From contig NW_024704743.1 of NCBI RefSeq assembly GCF_018977255.1, positions 105,588,001-105,652,000 of the forward strand: a stretch of 64,000 bases of DNA. The letters are read 5' to 3'. Shown piece by piece: positions 12,905 through 24,930 of the stretch. Below the pieces are notes generated by a model. It was given only the letters and a program-made list of their open reading frames with translations, made no database searches and was not told the origin of the DNA. The position numbers and the translations under genes were made by a program. This stretch comes from Callorhinchus milii (lineage: Eukaryota). How positions within the stretch are numbered: the stretch's first letter is position 1; every line of letters starts with the position of its first letter.

Positions 12905-13962
12905 AGATAGTGTTAGTGTTCAGAGGGATTTGGGTGTCCTTGTACACCAGTCTCAAAAAGTTAGTTTGCAGGTGCAGCAAGCAACTAAGAAGGCGAACGG
13001 CATGTTGGCGTTCATTGCAAAAGGTTTAGAGTACAAGAGTAGGGAAGTCTTGCTGCAAATGTATAGGGCCTTGGTGAGACCGCACCTAGAGTATTATGTG
13101 CAGTTTTGGTCTCCTTATTTAAAAATAAAAATAATAAATGTGGAGTCCTGTAGCTCAGTGGTTAGAGCACTCACTTTGCAAGCGAGAGACCTGAGTTCAA
13201 TTCCAGGCAGGGCGAAACCTTGGGCAAGTTTCCTTACTCCACACGCCTAATAATAATCCCTCCAAAACCAAAAACAATAATAAATAAATCATTTTCAATC
13301 TACGACTGTTTGTGGGACATTGCTGTGCGCAATTGGCTGCCGCGTTCGCCCACAAATATACAGTCAATTCACTTTACAGTATGTTCTGTGAAGCGCTTTG
13401 GGACGTCCTCCTGACGTGAAAAGCGCTATAACAAATGCAAGGATTATTATTATTATTATAAAAAGGACATACTTGCCCTAGAGGGGGTTCAGCGTAGATT
13501 CACTCGGTTAGTTCCTGGGATGAGGGGACTGACCTATAAGGATAGGCTGAATAAACTAGGGCTGTATTCTCTAGAGTACAGAAGAATTAGGGGAGATCTT
13601 ATTGAAACATATAAGATTCTTAAAGGGCTGGATAAAGTAGACCTGAGGGTCTGTTTCCCCTGGTAGGAGAATCTATAACCAGGGGTCACAGTCTTAAAAT
13701 TAAGGGTCAGCCTTTTAGAACAGAGTTGAGGAAACATTTCTTCACTCAGAGGGTAGTGAATTTATGGAATTCATAAGCCCAGAAGGCTTATCTTCAAGGC
13801 TGAGACTAATAGATTTTTTAAAAATAGAGGGATTAGGGGATATGGGGATAGGGCAGGTAATTAGAGTTAGGTCTGAAGATCAGCCATGATCTTATCGAAT
13901 GGTGGGGCAGGCTTGAGGGGCCGAATGGCCTACTCCTCCTAATTCTTATGTTCTTATGTTCT
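12905..13962 (+). mobile_element. CR1 LINE 3' end interrupted by a SINE at 13140-13458
   Basis: QRDLGVLV...KKANGMLAFI...YRALVRPHLEYYVQFWSPY; resumes after the SINE and ends in a (TTCTTATG)n tail. Confidence 0.9.
13140..13458 (+). mobile_element. Full-length young tRNA-derived SINE with L2-type tail
   Basis: A/B-box head GGAGTCCTGTAGCTCAGTGG...GTTCAATTCC, shared body and (ATT)n tail; many copies in the window. Confidence 0.9.
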
Positions 13963-13964
13963 CT

Positions 13965-14215
13965 GTTCCCTTGTTTTGTTGCAACCCCCCTTTGTTTGCA
14001 TCATTAACACCTATTTAAACCCAGCATCCCCTGACCTCTACCCCATTTTCTCCTTTGCCTTCCTTGCCCTGCCTCCCCCCTCTCTGTTAGCCCATAAAAG
14101 CCTATGCCTCCCAACATGCCCCAGTTCTGAGGAAGGGCCGTGGACCCAAAACACTGACTCACTTTCCTTTCTAAATAAATGCTGCCTGACCTGAGTGTTC
14201 CCAGAGATTTCTGGG
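13965..14215 (+). mobile_element. Penelope-like terminal repeat fragment
   Basis: CTGAGGAAGGGCCGTGGACCCAAAAC...TGCTGCCTGACCTGAG; homologous to 29400-29675. Confidence 0.65.
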
Positions 14216-14217
14216 TG

Positions 14218-15500
14218 TTATGAATGCGTGTATGAGGGTTTCGGTGGCCTGCAGTGTGAGACAGTGGCGGAGCTGGGTGATGTTGCGGACTTGGGGGAAG
14301 GTAGAGAGGTCATGGCACAGATGCGGGGTACAAAGGATAGTTGAGGGTCAAATAAGATGCCAAGGTTCTGGACTAGCTTAGTAAGGTGGAGTGTGCAACC
14401 ATGGAAGGCGATACTGTCAACGCTTGAGGTGTGGAGGCACTGACAGGAATTAATCAGGAGAGCCTCGGTCTTGTTGATGTTCAACTGAAGAAAGTTAGCT
14501 CTCATCGAGGACTAAAGTAGAAACTGTTTGTGGAGGTGAAGTGGAGGTGGTGTAAGAGATACGATCTGAACCATTCAAGACAGAACCATGAAGGTTGAGG
14601 TGAGAGGAGAGGCGGTGGATGAGGATAGAGGGTCAACGGTGTGGAAGGCAGCAGAGAGGTCAAGGAGGATGAGGAGGCAGAGGGAGCCCAGGTCGCAGAT
14701 GGACAGAATGTAATTTGTCACTTTGACCAGAGCTGTTTCTGTGCTGTGGGCGGAACGGAAACCTGATTGGAGGAGTTTGTGAAGAGAGTGGCAGGAGAGG
14801 AAGGAGCAAAGCTGGGAAGCAATGACTCATTCCAGGACCTTGGAGAGGAAAGGGAGGTTGGAGATGGAGCAGTAGCTTGAGAGCAGGAATGGATCCAGGG
14901 AGGATTTTCTTAAGGATAGGAGTGATGATGGCCATTTTTAAAGGGGTGGGAATGGCACCAGTGGACAGAGAGCGATTTATGATGTCTGTGAATAGAGGGG
15001 CAAAGAGATGGAGCTGGGAGGTAAGGAGAGGGGTAGAGATGGGGTCGAGGGAGCAGGTGGTCACTTTCATGTAGTTTATAGTGGTGGTGAGAGAGGAGTG
15101 GGAGTCAGGTATGAAGGTATAGAGGGAGTGATGGGTAGGGGCTGGGGTGTGAGGGGGAGATGGGGAGGGGGTAGTAGACGGAAGGGCAGAGGCAGCTGAG
15201 TGGATCCCCTTGGCTTTGGATACAAGGAAATCCAACATCACCTCACAGTTGGTATTGGAGGTGAGGATGGGCGAGGAGTGAAAGGATGGGCAGAGGAGCT
15301 GGTTGGCAATGGAGAAGAGGAGCCTGGGGTTGTCCTTGGTCTCTAAGATTGTTTTGGAGTAGAACGGCGATTTAGTGGAGGTGAGGGCGGAGCGGTAAGA
15401 TTTGTTAAGGTCCAGCCAGATCTGCCGATGCACTGTTAAGTTGGATTTAAGCCAGTTACATTCAGCGGCATGCACCTATGCTTTAAGGGAGCTGGTGGCT
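14218..15500 (-). mobile_element. L2 LINE ORF2 fragment (frameshifted, internally deleted)
   Basis: ORFs MRANFLQLNINKTEALL and NPRLLFS...TTCSLDPI...IINRSLSTG..P..LK.AIITPILKK. Confidence 0.9.
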
Positions 15501-15509
15501 GGTGACTTT

Positions 15510-15850
15510 CATGAGTAGGATACGGTTTGGGCAGCCAGTAAAGCATAGCAATGTCCCACAAACAGCCATGGAGTGAGTAACCAATTTTTTATTTTGGGAG
15601 ATTGTTGGCCAGGACACTGGTGAAACTCCCTTCTCTTTTCGAATAGTGCCATGGGATTTTTAACATCCACTTGAACAGGCAGATGGGACCTTGGTTTACA
15701 TCTCATCTGAAGGACAGCACCTCCGACAATGCAACACAACCCCAGCTCTGCTTTGGGGCGTCATCTTAGACTATGTGAATCCAAATCCCAACATGGGGCT
15801 TGAACCCACAACCTTCTGACTCAGATGCAAGAATGCATCCACTGAGCCAG
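15510..15850 (-). mobile_element. Older tRNA-headed SINE with Deu-type domain
   Basis: Carries GCATTGTCGGAGGTGCTGTCCTTCAGATGAGA, resembling the DeuSINE core; related copies at 18435-18810, 24960-25225, 49325-49705 and 28630-29870 (interrupted). Confidence 0.7.
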
Positions 15851-15889
15851 AACCTGTCAGTAACTCTTGCATTAGTTGGGGAAGCAGCA

Positions 15890-16400
15890 GAATATCTTTC
15901 ACGTGGCTTCCCACATGTAGCAACGCTCGTGCCACTCAAAATCAAGTAACATATCTAAACAGGCTCTTCAATACTTATTTGATAAGATATAGAAATGGAA
16001 AAATGGTCAATTGACTATCAAGGTTCCAGAAATAACTCTTGCATTGTATTGTCCGTGTCAAATTCATTCACCCTAGGTAGATACAATAGTGACTAATCGG
16101 GGAATTGCTTCAGCCTATGATTGGTGAAACCCAGTATTAAATCTTCAGACAGATGCAGAAATAGTTTACAATTATACACAGATTCTTTCCAGAAGTAATA
16201 TGAGGGGATATTCTCCAGTCAACTCAAGCAGCATTCTCCAGTCAACTCAAACAACAACTCAAATAATCCATTATTTGGATAGCTCTGGCGGGACATTGCA
16301 GTGTCAGCCCATTAAAGTTTCCAAATGCTTTATTATCTGCTGCACATTTCACAATATCTGTGGTGTCAAGATCAGAGGCATCCATATGGCTATTGATGTG
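15890..16400 (+). mobile_element. PIF/Harbinger transposase fossil
   Basis: Collinear degenerate motifs GFPHV (15905), YQGSRNNSCI (16016), VLNLQTDAEIVYNYT (16134) and HYLDSSGGTLQCQPIKVSKCFIICCTFHNI (16270). Confidence 0.75.
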
Positions 16401-18859
16401 CAACAGCAGTTTCTTTTAGTCACCAGGGAGAGTTGGGCCAACAAAAAAGTCACAGGATAAAAAACATCACGTTGCTTGACACATCAGTCATATTGGCCTA
16501 ATGTTCCCTCAATACTCTGGATGGGTGAGCAACACAGCTCAGCATGAAATGCATGAGAGCTTTATCAACAAGAAGACGTGGAAAGCACTATATCAAATGC
16601 AAGGATTATTATTATTATTTATTATTATCCTCCTGCCCACAGCCTAGACACACAGCCCTCCCGTCTCACTGATCAGTGTACCAGCTGGAAGTACACAGTT
16701 TTAGCAAAATCTGCTTACCTCTCTGCATACAAAACATATATATTCCAAGCCTTGGATTTATGAGTATGAGTTCACAAACCCTTATTCCAGATAACTGTTG
16801 TCCCAAGCCTCAGAGTTTCCTCATCAGTTATTTGACAGACATCTGCTTTCAGTGTTGTGGAAAGACCATTACAGGACAGCTTGCGACCACCCCTTGGTGG
16901 TCTGAAGGTCCAAGTCCAACCCTACCTATGACAGATAGCAGTGACTTAGAACAAATTGCCTCTTTTTCTGCAGAGGATGTCTTCGTCTAATTCTCCTCTC
17001 TGTTAATTTCCTCAATCATCTGCCTTTGATTTGGACATGCTGCAGAACGTAGCAAAGAATCAGTGGTTGCAAAACAATGTGAAACAATTCTATGACATTC
17101 ACCATGAACACTGGAGTTCGTAAGCACTGAAGACAACAGAACCATTCCTGGGCTGACACTAGTGGAGGGCATTTCATCATTATTGCTAGTTTTCTACCAG
17201 GAATTCACGCAAATGTTAAGGTGATATTTTCAAATGCCTCGCACATGTGCTCTGTTAGTTTTTTGGAGACAAAATCAAATCCTATCTTATGGCTCTCTCT
17301 CTCTCTTTCTGTGTTTCTATTTGAGCAGTGGAGGCTGCTGGAATCACAGCAGCCATTTCCTGAAGGGAATCTGATAAGGCTGTGGTCTGGTCCTTTGGAA
17401 GAAATGTCGAACAAAGATGCTGCTTGCCTGTTAATTAGGGGGACATTAAATTCCAAGACATCATTAAAATAGAGATGGGAGTTTAACAATTGTTGAATTT
17501 CATATTGTGTTTTATCATGCCATTGAGACATTGCCAAAGTGCTTCAAAGTGTTTCTACTGTGAATTGTAGTTATTGTGTATATGTAGATGAAAGCGGCTG
17601 CCAATTTGTGGATAATACTGCCCCACAAACAGCTATCAAGTAACTGAACAATTTTATTTGGAGGCTTGTTGGCCAGGAAAGGCTAGTTTCTTTTGATGTC
17701 CTGACCAACAAACATCCAGATAAAATAATGTATCCACCTCAACCAGTCAGTAGGACAAGATGACATTGATTATGAGTTCTGTAGAGCAGACAGACACCAG
17801 GAAAATGTTTATTTCCTCAGAGAGTGATTAATGACTGGAACAGATTATCGGGAAGTGATCTGGATGAGGCCAGGACACTGGATTGATGCTGTGATAGGAC
17901 GGCAGTGTAGATGATTTGGAAGAATGAGATCAGTTTAGTTCAATGCAATTCATTCCTTCTGGATCATTCAGTTCCTTTAACCTCCAGAATAATAGTTGTA
18001 TAAACACTTTTGTACCACTTTGAATTACCTTTTATTTGTTTCAGTTAATTTTAGATGCAATTTAATTATTTGGTGCAGTGTAATGGTTTCCCAAACACAT
18101 TTTGAATGAATTTGATGTGTTTTATTTGATTTTATAATCAGATAGCCCACAGCTATCAATTAGTTTCTGAAACATAAAATGGTACTCTCTGTTAGTAAAG
18201 TACAATTGTCTACCATCAGCAATAGCTACCAATTACAAACTATAGTTTCAGAGATGGCCGGAACTGAATGATCATGATACATAAAGACAATAGAGAAAAA
18301 GTCCTGAGAGTAGTTCACCTGATTCCCCTCTCACCCTCACAGATGGTAATTAAGATCAAATGATTTACGGAGAGTTCTTATCCGAGTCAAAATGAGACCA
18401 TTTTAGTTGTAGGGTTACAAAATTGCACAATAAACCCCATGGTGGCCTGCTGAATTCACAGTCTAGGCTGACACTCCAGTGCAGTGCTAGGGAAACATTG
18501 CATTGTCGGAGGTGCCATCCTTTGTATGAGTGTTAAATTGAGGTCCCATCTGCCTGTTCAGGTGGACGTTAAAGATCCCATGGCACTATTAAAAAGTAAA
18601 GAGCATTTCTCCCTGTGTTTTGGCCAACAATTCCCAAAAAAGATTAGTCATTCACTTCATGGATGCTTGTAGGATATTGCTCTGTGCAAATTAGATGCTG
18701 AATTCAGCCACAAAATACACAGTCACTACATTTCATATTTAAAGCCGCCAAGCACTTTGAAATGTCCTACTGATGTGGAAGGCACAATATCAAATACAAG
18801 GACTATTATTATGTTATTTTCACAGAAAGTGGCCTCTTTTTCCTTTTATCCTTTTATCC

Positions 18860-19328
18860 TTTTATCCACCTACAAGGCCATTCACGGCCTTGCTCCCTCC
18901 TACCTCTCCAACCTACTATCCCCCTACCTACCTGCCGTACCCTCCGTTCCTCTGGCTCTGGTCTGCTCCACGTCCCCCGCCCCAACCGCCCTACCATCGG
19001 TGGTCGGGCCTTCAGCCTCTCAGCCCCCAGGCTCTGGCACTCCATCCCCCAGTGCCTTCGCCTTGCTTCCTCCCTTTCCTCCTTCAAGGCCGGTCTCAAA
19101 ACCTTTCTCTTTGACCGTGCCTTCAGCTCCCCTCTCGACTCTCTTCCCCTCCTCGCTCCCTCCCTTCCCTCCCCTCACCCTGACCATTTCCCCCTCCTTG
19201 CTCCCTCCCTTCCCTCACCCTGACCATTTCCCCCCTGCTCGGGTCATGACCCAACTGTGCAGCGCCTTGGGACGTCCTCCTGACGTGAAAGGCGCTTTAT
19301 AAATGGAATCTTGTTGTTGTTGTTGTTA
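18860..19328 (+). mobile_element. Young L2 3' end
   Basis: TYKAIHGLAPSYLSNLLSPYLP, 3' UTR and (TTG)n tail; near-identical tails at 34342-34712, 35666-35896 and 38330-38522. Confidence 0.9.
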
Positions 19329-21617
19329 TCTACCAAAGGAATGATCATTTGTAATTTTCCATTTAACTGTCTACATACTCCAATTGTAATGTCATTTGCT
19401 ACATTTTGAACCTGTTATACAAATTGTTCCTTCCAGTAGTGAATCAATCAAGTAATTTGTGCCTGGATTTATCTTGTATGGGATTATAGTTCTAAGCATT
19501 TACCAGCAAATGAGTTCACTGGATTCAATTCCCGGCAGGGCAAAACGTTGGGTAAGTTTCCTTACTCCACACGCATCTGTTTACTTACCAGTAAGTAGGA
19601 ACCTGGTTGTTAGTTGATTGGTGGATCGTTTTTTCGGGGGTAATAATTCTTTCAAAAAAATAAAATATTAATAATAAATTGGTCACTTCAATCAACGACT
19701 GTTTGTGGGACACGCTGCTGTGTTTCACCCATAAAATATACAGTCAATTCACTTTACAGTATATTCTGTGAAGCGCTTTAAGATGTTTTGAATATGTGAT
19801 AAGGTGCTATATCAAATGCAAGGATTATTATTATAATTATTATCATCCCCAGTCGTTGCTAAGCTCCAGTAGCTTCCTGTCTCCCAGTGGATCAAATTTG
19901 ACATCCTCATCCTCATCTAAAAATCCCTTAATGCCTTCATACAATGCTGGATTGTTGATCTTCTCCAGCCATACTCTCCTACCCACCCACACTAGAACTG
20001 TAGAAATTTACATGTACAGAAGACCATTTGGCCTATCTAGTCTGGACTGTTCTTTCAGACCCATTGCCCAGCCCCATTTCCATATCCCTTCAAAGCCTCT
20101 AACTTTCATACATAGCTTAACAAACTCAGATTTGTTGTGTGTTCCTCATCCCATCACCCCACCATCAGTGGATGAGTTTCCAACCAGTAAGCCCCAGCCT
20201 CCTCAACTCCCTCCCTCAACTCTTCCATCGCGTCCTTTCTCTGTCTTCAAAAGCTACCTCTTTGACGATGCCTACAGACATCTCGCTCTTCCCGTCCTCC
20301 CACAAACTCCCTACTCAGCAACCACCACTACCACTGTAAAATGCTCCAAAACAGTATTCTACATGAAGGGTTCTATATAAAAGCAAGTTGTTGTTGCTGC
20401 GCACATTAAAGAAATTTGAAGTTTTACATAGTATTAGTCTTAAAACCACTGCAGAGTTGATGAGATTAGGCTGGTAACATTCATAGAATATCTGCATTCA
20501 AAAGAGGAGCAAGCAGAATGCAGATGAAAAAGTTGAACATCTGTGACAGTTATTTTACAAATAGGAAGAAATGTGCAGCCTTTTGTAACCTATTGATTCA
20601 TTTATCAACCAGCAGGTGAAATCTTTCATGATTTGCCCTCTCATCAATTTTCAGAAGTTTGAACACATTTGTTTGATCTATTTTTAGTCTTCCCTCTCTG
20701 GTCCCATGGTACTGTTCAAAAAGAAAAGAGAGTTTCTCCCAGTGTCCTGGTCAACAGTCCTTCAAATGAAATTGATCATTCACTTCATAGCTATGTGTGG
20801 CACATTGCTGAGCGCAAATTGCTGTTTGTGGGACTTTGTTGTGTCCAATTTGGCCCACAGTTACTGTGGGCAAATACAGCAGCCAAATTGGACACAACAA
20901 AGTCCAACTTTTTTTCGTCTAACATTTCTTATGCTCTTATATGTTCTTATGAAGCACTTTGAGATGTTCTCTAAACATGAAAGGCGCTATACCAAATGTA
21001 AGGATATTTGGGGGGATAAAAGCAGCCCCAATTTTTCAAGCCTATCTTCATAACTTCTCATTCCTGGTATCATCCTTGTGAACTTATAGTACACTCGTTC
21101 CATGGCCCTTTCCAAAATGGGGTGCTGAGAACCACCTGATACTCCATCTAGTCTAACCAAACCATGACTTTCAAATTGATTCCTTACTTTTCTATTCAAT
21201 TTCATTGCAATATTTGTAAATATAATTTCAAATCCCTCCACGGCTTTGCTACACTCTACCTCTGTGACCTCCTGCAACCTTTCCAACCTGCTTGCTCCCT
21301 TTGCTCAGTGAACATTCCTGCTCCTAATGCTCTGACCTATCTACCCCACCATCTGCAAGTGAGTGTTCAGCCATTCTGCCTTCTGATCTGCACCCTCCCT
21401 CCCAACTCAACATCCACCTTATTGAATCTTTTCATAATCTTAAACACGTCTATCGTGTCCCCTCTCTCAAATCTAGAGAAAAAAGCTGCCACCTAGCCAA
21501 TGTTTCCTTTGAGCAATAGATTTACTAAGAAGAAAAGATAGGCTCTTTGTAAAAAAAAGTGTAATTATACTTTTGCTTAAACAATTACTTATCATTGATG
21601 AGGCTGCAGTATGTGTG

Positions 21618-21632
21618 TCACCAGGTGGTGGC
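21618..21632 (+). promoter_or_regulatory. CTCF-like motif between the two genes
   Basis: TCACCAGGTGGTGGC compared with consensus CCACYAGRKGGCRS; motif match only. Confidence 0.3.
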
Positions 21633-21729
21633 CATCAGGAACATCTAGTACAAAGTCAAGATGTAGCGTGTACCTGCATGTCTGATTGCTACAGCCCCCA
21701 CAATAGCAGTAAAAGAAATGTTTCGATCA

Positions 21730-22030
21730 AATTACGAACAACAGGTTCTTTTCAGTTGTCAGGGAAGGATTTGTGCAGCACTATGCTGAATTATGTTGAG
21801 TGTGTGATTGGTGCACTTCCCAAATTCAACACTAGATTTGATGGGCTTCCAGCAACATTTTCGTGGCATTGCTGGATTCCTCCATGTTCTTGGAGTAGGA
21901 CATTGGATGCAGATAGAAATCAGAAGCTGCCAACACCCCATACAAAAGTATTTTATGGCCTTTAAAAATTATAAGAACAAGTACTATCTTAATAGCTAGA
22001 CTGTATCCGATGTGAATTATTAAATAGCCA
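21730..22030 (+). mobile_element. Second PIF/Harbinger transposase fossil (N-terminal half)
   Basis: TGSFQ...DLC, then HFP...QHFRGIAGFLHVLGV...IEIR, then KNKYYLNS*TVSD, resembling the HARBI1-type motifs SGSFQ / AGxPxVxG.IDCTH / NRKG.hS.N.Q.VCD. Confidence 0.65.
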
Positions 22031-23055
22031 TAAATAAATGCACATTTTCTTCTAGTCAACCTTTGTTACATTCTTGTTAATGAAGTCACCCAAATTAATC
22101 CAGATCTTCTTCGCATCATAGTTGTCTGAAGACATGGGTCATAAGAACGTACAATATCTAGCAATAAAAACCTAGTGATAAGGAAATTCTAGGATGTATA
22201 TCTAATAATTCAACGTACATTTAAGAAATAGCTTACATTTCTCTCTTCACCCAAATTTATCCCAAATTCAAATGAATTAACTGCTCATCTCATTATTGCT
22301 GATGGGATGTTGCTGGCGTAGGTTGGCTGTTTGCCCATATAAGAATATTCACTCCATGTCTCATCAATTATATTTTGTAAAGTACTGTTATGTATTTAAT
22401 TATTATGCAAAAAGCTCTCCATAAATACAAATTTTATTACTGTCATTCATCTTTGAACAGGTCTATTCCACAGGCCAAAACAGGAACATTTGTATTTCAT
22501 ACAGTATTTGATCAAACTTGTCTAAATATACCTTTAAAACTCTCAGGCTGGTTTGTAACCAAATATTTGTACAGACCGTCTTTTTTTAAAGAAGTTTAAA
22601 CAGTATAGAAAAAATTAATGATAGAAGATTTGATTAGGTCGATAAGGTACAAGAAAAACATTTACGAAAGTTAACAAGATACCAGCCTCATTATACTTTG
22701 AACACCTCAGAGCATTGCAGAGGGTATGTGCTATGAAGCTGTGAGGGTATGTGCTATGAAACTGGTCATCAATAATGTCCACAACAGTGTGCAATCCATC
22801 AATACACAGATGCACACTAACATGGTTCATCTGCATAACATTATGCAGTCAGGCTGGGCACAGTTGGTTGAGCAGATGGCCTATCTAATTAATTACACGG
22901 GTTCAAAATCCCACAAATGTTCCTTATGTTGCTCCTGGGTTCTTCATCAGATAAATCTCAGGTCTTCTCGTGAGGAATGTTGAGGTCATTATTTTATTCA
23001 CTGTTTACTCTTTTGCACAAAAGTTTTACGAATAAATAGGGTTCCACAGCAAATA

Positions 23056-23583
23056 CAGTAAAACTCACATATATCTATATCCATATAAGTTATATCTGTT
23101 GGGACCCTAACATTTAATTTGACTTGCGTTGAGTCCCAGTTGCAGCCAAATTGTGTAAGCGATATAAAATCCCATTTCATCAATAATCTAACTGCGCATG
23201 CATAATTCAATGGAGCCAGTAAGTGCGCAGGCGATATTTCATCACTATAGCCAGTAAGTGTGCATGCAATACATCATCACTGCAGCCAGTAAGTGCACAT
23301 GCGATGACTGGTCAAGATTACGTTTCCCGCAATTTAATGCAGCCGGCCATGAAGTGCACTTGGGTCAATGGGTCAGGACATCATTTCCTGCAATTCAATA
23401 CTCGTAAGTGTGTAAGGAATAATGGAGGATAAGGGAGCGGCATTAAGAGTTAGACGATGATTTGCTTACGATATATGACTCGTGCAAAGAAAACTAAGTG
23501 GTTTCGATAGGAAACTGAATGGGACTTTGGTGCATGTATGACTTATACGATTTATAAAGGTAAGACTTATGCGAGTTTTACTG
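23056..23583. mobile_element. Tigger/pogo-type non-autonomous DNA transposon (MITE)
   Basis: TA-CAGTAAAACTCACATA ... TATGCGAGTTTTACTG terminal inverted repeats; subterminal GACTTAT(A/G)CGA repeats. Confidence 0.8.
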
Positions 23584-24632
23584 AATGACATAAAAATATG
23601 TTCGATACTTTCAGTCATGTATATTCTGTTCAATAAATGACCTTAGATTCTGGATACAAGGGAAACAGGGAGATCGAAAGCACGGTCGAACGACGGGTCT
23701 TGAGATGGGTCTTGAAGGTGACGAGGGAGGGGGTGAGGTCTGTTGGATGGAGTTCCAAAGAGTGGGGGCAGAGTGGCGGAAGGCCCGCCCGCCAAATGCA
23801 AGGATAATTATAGCTTATATAATTATGACACATATGACTTCTGGGGTTCTTGACCTCTATGCAGCAAACAGTCAACATAATTTATGCTCATGAAGTTATT
23901 GCCATTCTATCTCTGTTGAATATTTCCCATTTACATTTGCATAGATTAGCCATTTAAACCTTGCTTCAAGAATGGAATGAAATGTTTCTGCAGCTTCTCT
24001 CACAGGATAGTTATTCTCCACTACCTGATTCTATGCTTTAACACATTTTAGTAATACGGTTATGATCCAGCTAAGGTCCAACACAATTTTTTGATACAAC
24101 TAAGTTCCACACAACAAGAATGAAATCGGAGTGAAATGGTCACTGTTTCGAAACACCTCTGACCAAGAAGGGCCAAATAGCCTTCTTCTGTGTTGTAAAT
24201 TGCTATGGTTTCCATGGAATATGTTATGAAATGCTATTAATTTCACCCCTTTGTGTTCAGTGAGGGTTAAAAGTTCAGTACTTTATTACTAGAATGATCA
24301 TGAAGAAATGCAGTCGGACCACACATTGCAGCAATAACATCAATATGGCTATAACTTTAATTTACTCTACTTTTCATCCTGTACGTTTTCCATAAGGGGA
24401 AGTTCATAGGTTTCAGATGCATTACCCTTATTCATTTTTAAACAGCCCTGAAAATTGACAATGAAGGTTTCTAAAGGAAAAGGAATGAGTAGCAAATGCA
24501 ATTGTAGTGAAATGCTGGAATTGTGGAGTAATTGTTTGAAGATGTTCAGACTCCTGGAGGAGTCCTGTTACAGTTAAACAGATAGGCTCAGGATCAGGGT
24601 AGGCAATGTTTACAATAAATCTGTTAATAATA

Positions 24633-24930
24633 AATAATAATAATCTTTGCATTTGACATAGCCCTTTTCACGTCTTCGAGACATTCCAAAGCGCTTCACA
24701 GAATATACTGCAAAGTGAATTGACTGTATATTTGTGGGCGAAACGTGGCAGCCAATTGCCCACAAACAGTGTGGATTGAGTGACCAAATTATTATTGTTA
24801 TTTTCTTGAGGGATTATTATCATTCGTGTGGAGTAAGGAAACTTGCCCAAGGTTTTGCCCTGCCAGGAACTGAACCCAGGTCTCTTGCTTGCGAGGCGAG
24901 TGCTTCAATCACTGAGCTGAAGGACTCCAC
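24633..24930 (-). mobile_element. tRNA-derived SINE (young family)
   Basis: Reverse complement of the 13140-13458 family. Confidence 0.88.

Noticed and set aside
13140..13218. tRNA-like cloverleaf with a GCA anticodon (also at 54667, 24850-24930, 37075-37158)
   Set aside because: The acceptor stem is imperfect and the sequence continues into a shared SINE body and L2 tail, so these are SINE heads and not tRNA genes.
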